Source: Amphiscolops sp. MND2022
Lineage: Eukaryota
Length of the DNA stretch: 64,000 nt
Direction of reading: 5' to 3'
NCBI GenBank assembly: GCA_964187785.1
Contig: OZ076409.1
Span: forward strand, 87,360,001 to 87,424,000
Positions 38,737 through 51,067 of this stretch are shown piece after piece (position 1 is the stretch's first letter; the number at the start of each line of letters is the position of its first letter). Under the pieces are notes generated by a model. That model did not search any database. It had not been told where the DNA came from and saw nothing but the letters and a program-made list of their open reading frames with translations. A program made the translations under genes and the position numbers.

Positions 38737-41700
38737 AGATGGCAGGGAAAAACCTGTTCTGCAAGTTGGATTGCTCACAGGCTTATCACTGCCTCCAGAT
38801 CGCAGATTACCAATCCATTCAAATGCTCGCTTTCAATTTCGCCAGTAGAACATTTGCTTATCGTCGTCTTGCTCAAGGCCTCAGGTGATCACTTTCTGCA
38901 TTTTCAAGCTTCATGAGAGAGTACCTAGATCGAGCAATTAAAGCCGACCAATGTGCCCAATATGTCGATGACATTGGCATAGCGGCAAACGAAACAAAAC
39001 AACTGTGCATAAATATCAAAACTGTCTTTGAATGCATTCGCAATGCAGGACTAAAACTCTCCATGTCAAAATGTCACTTTGGAGTCAAACAAGTCGACTT
39101 CCTAGGGCATACAATAACACCAGACGGAGTCGTCCCACAAGCAGAAAAAGTCACCGATTTTCTATCAAAACTCCGATTTCCCAAGTCAAAAAAGGCGTTA
39201 CAAAGGTATATTGGATTTCTAAAATATTATCGAAACTACATTCCACGCCTTTCAGAACGGCTTTCTCCGTTCTTCAAACTCCTCAAAGAAACCTCCAAAT
39301 TCTACGTACCCACAAACTTGGTAGAAGCCTTCACCAACCTCAACAAACTTCTGGAAAATTCCTGTCAATTAGCATTAAAACAACCACTGAAAAATAAACA
39401 ACTTATAGTCATGTCCGACGCAAGTTTCACAGCAGCAAGATATGCTATCATGATCGAAGACGACCCGAACCAAAAACTTCAATCTGAACGAAAAACATAT
39501 GCACCCATTGCATTTGGTTCAAAACCCTTTAACCCAACACAAACTAAAATGTCAATATATGCGAAGGAATTCCTTTCCTTATACTTCGCATTTATAGAGT
39601 TTGGACACCTTATGTGGGGAAGTATCTTCCCAGTCTTAGTCTTCACCGACAATCGAACAGTAACACGCTTTTTTCAAGCAAAAATGATTCCCCAGCACTC
39701 TGGAATGCGTGCGATTACGTCTTACAATATAATTTCGTAATTGCTCATGTTGCTGGACCAATGAACACAGCTGCTGACTTCTCATCTAGAACAGAAGTTG
39801 ACCCAACTGAAAAACTGGAAATGACAATCCGCAATGACATTCACACCAAAGCTTTTGAGGTGAATATCCAATCAAGTGGATTTGTAGAAGAAGAGCAAAT
39901 TTACATTCTACCCGAAGATGAAATTGATGAAAATCAACTTTGGGAAGAGAAGCAAAATATTCGAAACCAAGCTCAAATAGAAACACACAATGAACCAGAG
40001 ACTGACGTCTCTGAACTACAACAATTCCACAAACCCACATCGGGGCTGGTCTCAATCTCATTAGGATACTTTAGGGATAATGCAAGAATTCGCCTCCAGC
40101 AGAACAACGACATAGTCCTTAGAAATCTGAGAGCAAAACTTGAAGGAAACCCATTTGATGAAAATGAATTAGCGTCAGATTATAGATACCAACACTACTT
40201 ACAAAACATAGCCCGAATAGAAATAAAACAGGAAGTCCTTACACGCAAATACACTGACAAAGGAACCACATCTCACTACCAAATTCTCTTACCGATCCAA
40301 CTTCTAGAAGAATTTCTTCAAGCCTTGCATGGTCACAATTCAAATCAGCCAGGAATCACCAAGATGATTCAAGAAGCCCGACAGAAATACTACTACCCAT
40401 GTATGGCTGAATACATCAAAAAATGGGTCAGTAAACAAAAAAGTTTGTATCCAAACAAAACGCATAAACAATGATCTCCTCAGAACTCCTAAATTGCCCA
40501 GAATGGGATCTTGGTCCAGAAGACATTCTGCAGATGGATGTTTTGCCAAAACTCCCCCCGAGCGGAGGCTATGATCATATCATCACGGCAATCGACGTCT
40601 TCTCGAAATATTTGTTTGCCTACCCTGTAACTCGCATCACTGCAACAACGGTGTCAAGAGTTATCATGGATATACTATGCAAGCACACTTACCTTCCAAT
40701 AACAATAATCACAGATTTAGGCACTCAATTCAACGCGCAAATAACGCATGAAGTCGCAGCAGTGCTAGGAATTGAACTTAAACACGCAACAATGAAACAT
40801 GCTCAAACGATAGGACTCCTTGAGAGAACCCATGCTTCAATCAAAGCACACCTAAAAGCTGCAACAGGCGAATTCAGGAATAACTGGCATAAGTACCTAC
40901 CGTTGGCAGTCCTAAACCACAATACAACGTACCATGCATCACTCGGTTGTGAGCCTTTACGAGTTTTCCATGGTAGAATACCACATAATATCCTAGACTA
41001 CAAACTCGGATATAACCCTAACCCACGATACCAACCACAGACTGATGTGGCCAAAGAAATCCAAAAACGTATGAAAATCCTTTTAGATCAAACTAAGAAG
41101 AACATCATGCAATCTTATCTCAAATACAAAGCCTACTATGACAGGAAAGCAAAAGCAGCTCCGCTCGAAACGACGGACTATTGTTACATTCTCAACCCAA
41201 AAGCTGATACTCAAGCGACAAAAATACCATTCCGAGAATTCAGATGGTGTGGACCATTTAAAGTGGAAAAAGTACTCCCTAACAATAATTATATTGTCCG
41301 GAGACTTGGCACTAACAAAACACAACTACTACACAGGATTTGTCCTCGGAAATTTATTCCACAAGCCCCATTAGCAGATATTTTCGTTCGTGAAAGTGAT
41401 TGGCAAAAAGATGATCAAACGCCTATAGCAAATGATGATCTATACGCCCAATCATGGAACACAATTTTTGGATAGAACCCGTTTGAAGACGGTCCGTCAG
41501 AGCTTTCTCAGGACACTGACGACGCTGAATATGCTCCGATTCAAATACCTGATGATAACCACCCTCCCTCCCCTGGATCTTCAAAAAATAGTGGGGGGAG
41601 CCCAGTGGAACAGACCACTGAACCCGAAAGAGAAAACAACGAAAATTCACGAGAAACCCATGATGATGAAATAGAAAACCCACAAAAAACCCAAAATGAT

Positions 41701-41849
41701 AAAAATAATACACCCCAAATTGATACCTAAAAAATCCCAGAAAACCTTGAAAACACCCTTTGCAAGAAGAACCTATAAATACCCGTCGTGAAAAATATAA
41801 TTTACGACCCAATCCCAACCCAAACTACTCTGACTCTTACAGATACTAA
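38737..41849 (+). pseudogene. Gypsy pol (RT, RNase H, integrase) with stops and frameshifts
   Basis: KLDCSQAYH, LAQGL, YVDD, FLGH, SDASF, KEFL, FTDNR, integrase QMD..TDLGTQF..LERTH, GPF; C-terminus YNLRPNPNPNYSDSYRY*. Confidence 0.95.
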
Positions 41850-42025
41850 GAAAAACCAACAAGGAAAATTGCTTCTTGTTTTCTCCTCAGCTTCAACACA
41901 ATAATAGACTGATCAACAGCCCATTCAAAGATGATCTAAACATCTGACTAAATAACCAGACGAATCAAAATTCGCAAAACGAACAAACAAATAACACACA
42001 AATGTAGAGTAATGACTGAATACTT

Positions 42026-45000
42026 TCAATTTGTTTTTTTGTCTTTCCCTGATTTGCTCTTCATTTTCTCCGGGACAACTTCCCTTGCAGGGTCACCACA
42101 TTGTGGTACTTCTAAGCTAAACCTACTGAGCGAAGGGTCTGGGGATGGTGAACTGTTCACACTGCTGTGACGACTCACAACGGTGTAGTACTAGTCGAAG
42201 CTACGGTAGGTCTCTCCGTACGGAGAACAGCCTTCCGATATCCTGACTCAAATCTCCCCAACAAATTTGCCCGACGAGGACCACTTTGTTAAGAAAGTTC
42301 CAAATGGAAAACTTTTTGTCAGTAAATAAATCAACACCGCGCCCCAGAAGACGGAAAACACGTGGTATAGATTTGACATCTCGATAAAGGCTTGACACAT
42401 GTGGGACAGTCAAGTAGGATGATTGTAGACTCCACAAACACGATTGGAAAGACTCAGTGTTGCTCTCCAAATCCAGTACTGGAACGATAAATGCTGGTGG
42501 TACCTTAAACAATGGAGGCAAGCATAGGTATGAGTACTTGAAAAGTTGGAACAATTCAGGGCGACATCGGATCTCATAATGAGTCGATAAGAAATGTATC
42601 CAGTCGTCGTACTCCGGTATCGGCTCTGCACGTAGTTTAGTGACAAAAGAACGATATTGACTGGTAATCTTCACTTTATCACTAGCAGAAATCCACCCAG
42701 CATTAGAGAAATACCCCGACAACTTCTCAATAGCAACGGAATAATGCTCTTCAGCCCCCTCGATTATTACAGTGGGATCAAATGAAGACAATGCTTTAAA
42801 TAAGTCAGATTTGACAATTTCATGCCCCATCAGTAATTTGCAAAAGGCTTTGCAAAATGCAATAGACTGGTCCAAAAGTTTTCCGGGGCGGGGTAACCTA
42901 CTCGCCAAGACCAAGTTATGAGAATCTCATTTAAAATAAACTCGCTAGATGTTTTAAATGGGAGCCCAGGCTGGTCTAAATCTATGGAAAGATAACTGTC
43001 CCGATTGGAAATACTCCCTAGCGCACTATCCGGTAGTATACTCTGTAATTGACTGTAGATAAAAACAGCAAATTGGTGAAATAACCGGAATCCTCCATCA
43101 ATGTTTCGTTCTACTTCGGGGAAAGCTGAGTTATCTGAAACAAGAAACAGATCAAAATATAGAGTAGAGAAATCAAGTATTATGCGTAAATATGCGGTTC
43201 GAGGTGTGACGACTATGCGTCACTGTGCGGACTTACAGATCAGATTATACGTCATTATGCGGTTCGAGGTGTGGCGACTATGCGTCACTATGCGGACTTA
43301 CAGATCCAATTATACGTCATTATGCGTTTCGATGTGTGACGACTATGCGTCACTATGCGGACTTACAGATCCAATTATACGTCATTATACGGAAATTCAA
43401 ATTCAATAGTACACCACCATGCGGATTTAGCGTTGATAGTTAAACGCTACCACCCAGTACACACAAGCAGGGATTACGTGTGCATAGCCAGCGTAAAAAG
43501 AGACGATCATTAAATAAATACGTTGTATGTAGATGTATTACACAAAACAAGAATAAAACAAGTATCTCAAAATGGGATTATATGGCAAAAGTGGATGATA
43601 AATCTGAGTCTACTAAGTTTTGAAATGGGACAAGTAATAACAATAAAAAGTCAAGATCATGAAAAACCGAAACAATTGAAAAGGGGAATCACAAAGAATG
43701 ACTTAAAATATGGGACAACTAACAGTGATCCAGTACGCATCTGATAGTAAAGAGTCTCGCAAGGTAAGCAGTGTCCAGACGGAAACACTCATCAAGGGTA
43801 TTCGGCTAAAATGAAATGACATGTACTGCATGGAGGACAATTTCTAAAGAACAAAATAGTAGGGAGAAAAATGATAACCTCTTTCGTGTGGAATCGATAG
43901 GCTGGTAGTCTGGAAACCTGATTTAGATGCTCTCGGACGCGGTCCCAATGCTTAGACAATTCCTCGATAATGACAGATGCTTCATTCAGAGAATAATCGA
44001 GATGAGTCACACACTAAAAAGAAAAGGCTTGCATTTCAGGAAAACAAATTTAGAAGCATTTAGAAGTATGAATTACCTTATACAAAGAGGGTAAATTTTT
44101 GCAGCCAATCGCGGTCAAGAGCTGTTCTTAACTTCATGAGCAGAAAGTCTAAAATTGTTCGGAAATCGTGGCGTTCTATTATCTGAGCTGTGGGTAAGGC
44201 TAAACTAGCCTCTAGGTCAGTCGCCCCGAAGGTGTTGACAGTACAGGGCCGTTTTTCCCCGGGCAAAGTAGAAGTCAGACAGTCGTCTAATTTACCTCCA
44301 GCCCCAGTTAGGGCAACGCAAGAAGGGGGAACTTCGTAGAGACTAAGAAATGAGGCAAGAAGATTGAGGACTTTCCGGGGCAGTAGCATTCCTTGAGGTG
44401 AACTGCCTATGCACACTCGGTGGTAGACACTCCCTGACCAAAACGATAGAACCACAATAGACTGAGTTGGTAAATGCTGTAAAACCAACGAATATGCACC
44501 AGATGGGGCAGAATTGGTCACACAATAACTCAGCAGCTCTCAGAACATGTATACGAGAATCCCCTGTTAAAATACATGGCGTTTGAGTACAAGATAATAA
44601 AAGTATGGAAAGACCATTGAAACCTAAGCGTAAGCTTTGTATTGATTCAAATATTGAAGATTGAAGGTAAAAAGACAATGGAGAAGAGTCTACTTACAAA
44701 TATCCGTTGGTCACTCCAGTTTTGCGGAGGCATCTGATCAGAGGAAGTTAACCGGGCCAACTCCTCGTAGAGGCCAACAAGGCTGCTGATGTGTCCCCCG
44801 TGTCTGAGTCCGTATTCAAGTATGTTATTCTGGAAAAGCACTTTGTCGGTAGGGCTAGATACAGCTCCCAGTGCCGGAACAACGGATTGTCCCACCAACG
44901 GGTGGCAAGAGTCTAAATGCGGAGCAATCGGGTGGGTACCTTTGGCCACTTTCTTTGCCTCTAGGAGAGCAATTCCTTGGATTTCTTTCCCTTCCTTATC

Positions 45001-46503
45001 GAACAACGGTGTACCAGGTACCTCCATGCGGATCCTATGTTCTTTGATTAGGTGCGAATCGGTACGATAATGAGAGATCAACTCTAAAGGCTCATTAAAG
45101 ATAATTCGGTTCGGCACACCCTGCACCACCACTTGTACGGTGTTTTATCTGCGTCCAAGGGTCCTGTCGCGGAGAATTTCAAAATAGGATGCTTTTTAAG
45201 CATACTAACAGTTAGCGAATATTTGGGCCGTTTTCTCTTCCCCCTAGCCATTGGTCTATCAGTGAACAGTTCAGTCGCCACGGTTCTTGATGAGGAAGGT
45301 CCGGTCTGATCCTCTTGGCTCGAGGTTGCCAAAAGTGTGGGATCAGTGACGTCTCCCACAACAGTAAGTGATAACGACTGGTGAGCACCATCTCCTTCAT
45401 CAGAGATAAAACTCTGAGGTATACGACCCAGGAATCTAGTTAAGGTTAATATCTCTCGTCGGGTGACGTTGAGATTGGTAGAAATTCCCCCAGTAAATTC
45501 CTCCTGCATCGGATCTTCGGGAACGTTTCCTTGGAACCCATCATCTCCGGTCTCATACCTGACTGGTTCAGCAAGTGAACTCGTAGTCCTTGCTGTTGCA
45601 TCATCAAGTAATGTGGGTGTGGGGTATTGGCTAAAGAGGAATGGTGGAGGTTGCGTAGTAGCTACATCGGCAAGAGTTTCGATGTCATCATGTCCCAACG
45701 CTGGATTGAATCTATGCATGGTGTTAGTCGGAGTTACTACAAGGGTCTTGTCGGGAACTCTATGTTCTTCCAATGATCCTACTCCGTTTCCTTTCTCCGT
45801 AGTTCCAGGTAGAGTTGCAGTCCCGAGGGTTGTTGGAGATTGTGGGGGAGTTGCTACTTAAGGAAATGACGAATTTTGGGGTGTTGCTGATTCGTCAGGG
45901 ATCGTAGGAGTAGCGGGGGCGACAACCTCTATGCCTTCGACATTATAGAGGGGTTGAATACTAGGAGCGGTTGAGGGGATTTGGAGGTTAATTGACTTTG
46001 GGAAAGCTACCACAAGCGAAGTAAACACTTTGTCAGGCGAAGCCGCAGGAGAAGATAACCCACGACTATTGATCGCATTGCAGGGTGATTTTTTCGGAGA
46101 AGTCCAAGTCGTCTTGAAATCAACTGAAACAATAACCTGTTAATGAATAACAGAAAGAAATGGATCTTGCAAGCGGAATACGTTCAAAATTGACTGAAAT
46201 CGGACGCGGCGACAGGAAACAAATGAGGACCGGAAACCGCTTAAAGTTTGGAAACGGTTACGTTTCAGAAATTCTGAATTTGTGCCAGACATTTTCTTCT
46301 AGTCATTTTCAACATTGCAAGCCTGGCCAGCTTAGCAAAAATTATGAACTAATACAAACCAAATCAAAACAAAACGAGTTGAACTTACCCGACGTAGGAT
46401 TAATAGGTAGATCACTCCAGAAGTCGTCTCGATGGCGCGGTTCTTGATCCTTTCGGGACCGTCGCTTGCTCGAATAACCTGACCCGCCTGGTGTTTGGTC
46501 CAT
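42026..46503 (-). pseudogene. Spliced antisense accessory gene inside the Gypsy element (six exons, ~1,100 aa, BED/C2H2-like zinc finger); this copy has several lesions
   Basis: Exons 46503-46389, 46123-44698, 44563-44077, 44013-43918, 43805-43724, 43134-~42026; five GT-AG introns with compatible phases; KWWCRVCRTELSLMS..LELISHYRTDSH. Confidence 0.8.
43191..43385. repeat. 3 x 65-bp tandem array in intron 5 of the antisense gene
   Basis: Units start at 43191, 43256, 43321 (TATGCG(G/T)TTCGA(G/T)GTG...). Confidence 0.92.
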
Positions 46504-47913
46504 GATGCAGGGAATGAGAAAGTTTAACACGAAATTGATGAACTGGGAATGCCTTTTATAGAGATTACTTGATGGAGAAAGGAGGAACACTAAGCAACAT
46601 TACTTGTTAATGACTATAAAACATTGGCTTTGACAAACAAAATTGCTTCAAAAGCTGAATACACGGAAATAACCAAGAGTGTAAAATCAAATGAAAAGGC
46701 GTGGCGTCAGAAAGAAAGGCAGAAAGCAAATGAGACAAATTTGCGCAAATCAGCAAAGGAAGTACTCAAATTTGATTGGTTAATTAAGACGTCAATTACG
46801 TCTGCCAGCGTGATTGATTGACTTATTCCAAAACTTCAAAAACCAATATGAACATAAATGCGCCGTTAAGGCCATATGTTCAGTAATTGAGACGGTTAGT
46901 ATGAAGAATTTGCGGCAACATACGGATTGAGTGAAGACGAGCATACGGCAATATGCGGATTACAGATGAAGAGTATGCGGCAACATGCGGATCGAGCGAA
47001 GACGAGCATGCGGCAGTATGCGGATTGCAGATGGAAAGTATGCGGCAATATACGGTTTGAGTAGTGACGCTTACTCGTCATCCGGCGGTTTACACTATAC
47101 AACTTTAATAGTCTATATTGATGTAGTTCATGATTGGAAATGAATGCTTGGCGAAGTATTATGTAATTCATTGAGAGAATTCAACATTCTCAACGACAAA
47201 CACGTGTGATATTAATATTGTTTAGCTTACAGCACCAATGCCCTTTTGAATATGATAGATTTACTGGATTTAGAGCCGGCAATACATTCTTTAGAAGCCT
47301 CAGGGCGAAAACAACTGCTAGACTTGAAAGTTATCGGTTAAACCAACAACCCATTTGCATTTATTAAATGCGGGACTAAGTTTCATGCATATTTTTTCTT
47401 TAAAATTGGTACCCTATTTGAAACTGGTATCGAGAGAAATACAAGTTTTGTAACTCTTTTCATGATCTCATAATATATGTCATGAAGAATCAGATGAATT
47501 TCATCTTTCACCTTTCAGGAAATATATTCATGAAATCGTTTTAATGTTGATTGCTTTGATCTTAGGTTAAATTTTGTTTATATATCATTTGTTTGCCAAG
47601 GAATTTACGAAAACTCTAGTGATAAGTGACGATTCAACGAAGTGTTAAAGCGAAACACCTTTTATGGAAATTGTTTATAACCTATTGTGAATGAGTCTCA
47701 TGATACAATCACCGAAAGTCTCATGATACAAAACCGTTATAAAGGAAAATTTGGAATTTGAAAAGCATGACGCTCAATTTCTGCGCGGGTTTTTGTCAAA
47801 AACATGAGCAAGAAGAAAATCAATCACCATATGGTCTTTATAATTTCATAAACCAGTTGCCTTTTAAAATCTTTGAAAATCTGAAATACTCAGTACTTCT
47901 CTGCAAATCTAAA

Positions 47914-48932
47914 ATGGAAAAATTCCAATTTGATACTGATGTAAATTCGTTATACACCCCAAAATCTCCTGATGTAGTGGATATTTCGAGTGAGTCAGAA
48001 AACAGCTTTTCAATTGCACCCGGAGACATTGCCCAGCTTGACGAAAGATTTCGAGTCAATACAACTGGGAGTAACCTGATGTCGGCTTTCATGGGTTCAG
48101 CTTTGGCTTCGTTATATGTGGATCCAGCCAATACTGCAGAACAGAATGAGTTTGTGGGTGCCACAGGGACACAGATAGATTGAGACCTGATGGAAATTTT
48201 AGGGGAATCGCAAGAAGATCAGATGTTTTCCCCAAGTTCATTCATAGATAGCGAGTTTGAAGAAGGGAATTTGTTTCCCTGGACGCTGGATAATACCTCT
48301 CCTGAGAACACAAACAATTATGGTCGGCCTACCGCTAGGGTTTCCCCTACCAAAGAGTGAACCCCAGTGCAGGTGGAATATTTTCAAGGCCAGTCCCCAC
48401 TTACCCACCTGACTATAGGCCAGAGACATCTAATTTTCAACACACGCAATCTAGTGAACCCATGGATCAAGACCTACGCAGAGATATAGCTCCGACTCAA
48501 GGTACACAGAATGCAGTGCAAGGATTTAATTTGTCACCCGCGTTCTTCCCCATCCCAATGAGGGAAGCTCCCATTGAGAACCAACAGATCACAGTTCAAC
48601 CAGTGGTGCAGTTAGGCTTTCCCTTTTGCGTGACCCACAGCACGAATCTCATTCTTATCCCTGCAAGAGAGAGACAAAGCGTGAGACTACTGCCAACCGT
48701 CATTCCAAATGTGGCAGGTTGCTGCGACATATGCGGTAAATGCTGTGATCAGATCGCGCTCCAGACGTTGGGTGAGTACCTCATGGCCACTGAATACGAG
48801 GGCGAGACAGTGAAAGAAAGAGCTATCAGATCAAGGGCATTTATCCATGGATTTGAGGCTGCCCTGTTCTTCTTTAAAAATGCGGGACTGTCGCATCCAT
48901 CAAGATGCGATGGTTCCGTAGTGCAACTTTGA
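47914..48932 (+). pseudogene. Second accessory ORF of the Gypsy element (acidic N-terminus, C-terminal CxxH...CxxC motif), with one stop and one frameshift
   Basis: MEKFQFDTDV... reads through TGA at 48181 and shifts into ORF 48357-48932 (CVTH...CDICGK). Confidence 0.65.
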
Positions 48933-49599
48933 AGAGGAACGATGGACTCATTTGAACAAACTCTTTGAAACTATGATGAACCCGTTTTATGTAATGTCTT
49001 AAACTCAATGCTGTTTTGCCAAGAGAGTCATGTAAATATGATATTTATAATACGATTGTTACGAATGGACCTTTATCATCGTGCTAACATACCTTCATTT
49101 CCTCATTGAGAACCCTTGTTTTAATCACACAATGAGTTATCTCATCGTCTAATCATATAATCTAAAGGTCCTAATGCGTCTAAATCCGTCATTAAGTAGT
49201 AAATTACATCTTAGCATAGTACAATTATGCGGTACTATGCGGATCGAGGTGTGACGTATACTCGTCATTATGCGTATCAAGGTGTAACGAGTATGCGGCA
49301 TTATACGTTTTCCATAAGAACATTATACGGCATCCTGCGGAACTAGTAGTGACGCATACACGTCATTATGCGTTTTTCGCAGGACTTGTTAAATAACTCC
49401 AGCACGTGTTATATTGTTATCTAGAAGCCAATCCGATTGCATTTGAAGGCCATGTTAAGAGATTCCCAGGGTTCATTAGTTTCTTTTCCCAATCATACTT
49501 TTATGATGTCATGTAAATGTGCTATTTTTATAATATAACGTCATCAGACGTAATTCTATTCTTTTCTGGATTCCATACAATGACTCCCATAAAAAGGAG

Positions 49600-50374
49600 T
49601 GTCATGTTTTTTGGATATTTTGTTTTGAGGTTTCAATCAGAGGATTTTCATTAGGAACCCAACCCTCATCAAGTGCAGTTACTTTCTCAAATAGCTGTAA
49701 AACTTCAATTTCGCCTCTGTAAAGCTTTAGCTTTGCTTCTCTTTTGGGATACAAGACTAATTCAAATTCTTCCCCAAAAGCTAAAAAACCTTTCACTTGA
49801 GACAACATGGGAAACAAAAGAAACCGAAGGTCTAGAAGACTTGAGACACCGTCTCCAGACAGAGAAGTAGAAGTAACTCAAATAGAAACTCCTAAAACAG
49901 GTAATGAAGCTTTAGTTGATCTTAGTAATGTTGTTAAAGAAAATTTAGGTGGAAATAGTTCTGAAAATCAGTTAACTGAACCTAGTCAAATGAGTAACGA
50001 GATGCAAGTTTGGACCCAAATCATGGAACAAAAGAACAACGATAGGATTGAAAAGATGAGAGAAGAAATGGAAAACAAACTTGGAGCAATTCTAAGGGAA
50101 ATAAAGTTCAATGAAAGTGCTTCTACTGTAACGAATCCTAGGTCGGATATAAACGAAATGCGAGAAAATCAACCATCGGGATCCAAATTGAGTAACCCTA
50201 TAGGAGTTCATGCATCCAATCACGAAAACTCTGATTCCGAAAACGACGATTATCCTCTTAGAGCATCTGAAATGAAGGACTTGAAACATCCTGCTAGACC
50301 CTTCTTTGAAACTGAAACAGACTTAGACCAAGCAATACTTTCAAATGAAGAATCCGAACAAGAGGATTATCACA
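49600..50374 (+). mobile_element. Putative 3' LTR containing ORF start 49807 (MGNKRNRRSRR...)
   Basis: Begins TGT directly after a purine tract and ends ACA; no second LTR in the window to confirm the boundaries. Confidence 0.7.
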
Positions 50375-50881
50375 ACTTGGTTTGTTCCAGGCCTGAAATT
50401 TTGTTATTTTGGAAAACGATATGAAAAAACCATGGTCATTATTAGGTGAAGTGTCAAAACAGCCCTAGAAACAATGTGTTGGAGGAACTAAGAAACAAGG
50501 TTTACCTGGGAGGAATAGGCAGAATAAGAAACATGGTCCCATGAAAGTCATAGCTTAGAATGCTTTTTACTTGAGGCAATTAGTTTCCATATTAGGAAAC
50601 GGGGAGGAACGAAATGTCCGGTGAACCGGGAAATTGACATATATTTTATGTAATATTATTATTCTCTGAGAAAAAGTCAATTTTAGACCGATGATTGAAT
50701 AAAAAAACTTTTATGTTTCTACTACCGTGATGCAGGTAGGTACTGTAACAAAACAACAAATTTAATTCGGGTTATTGACAGGTCAAATTGAAGCTACTGA
50801 CTGTCATTTCACCCTGGAATAATATTTATTTACGGCTAATGTACATTTATAATCCTCGTTCATTTTATTTTAATTCCTTAG

Positions 50882-51067
50882 AGTTGGCCGATAAATTTGG
50901 AGCGACAGCGGGAGAAAGCATGAGCAAGAAACGACAGACGGAGCAAAAACAACTGAATCGATCATTGGTGACAATTTTCATCATATTCTGTGTTTCATGG
51001 TTTCCCAATGGCATCATTATTCTGTTGTTCGGCATGGGGAATGCTGCTGTCGAAAAGATACCTTTGC
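50882..51067 (+). CDS. GPCR exon 5 (ICL3-TM6)
   Basis: CCTTAG acceptor, phase 1; LVTIFIIFCVSWFP (FxxxWxP); C|GTTGGT donor chosen to match the phase of exon 6. Confidence 0.88.

Larger units (their letters stand above)
38737..50374 (+). mobile_element. 5'-truncated large Ty3/Gypsy LTR retrotransposon with ~7.7 kb accessory region and 3' LTR
   Basis: pol 38737-41849; PPT AAAAAGGAG 49591-49599 followed by TGTCATG; putative LTR ends TATCACA at 50374. Confidence 0.85.

Noticed and set aside
43101..43443. Plus-strand ORFs with repeated peptides
   Set aside because: Products of the 65-bp tandem array.
47914..48932. Possible env gene (errantivirus-like)
   Set aside because: No signal peptide, furin site with fusion peptide, or transmembrane anchor.
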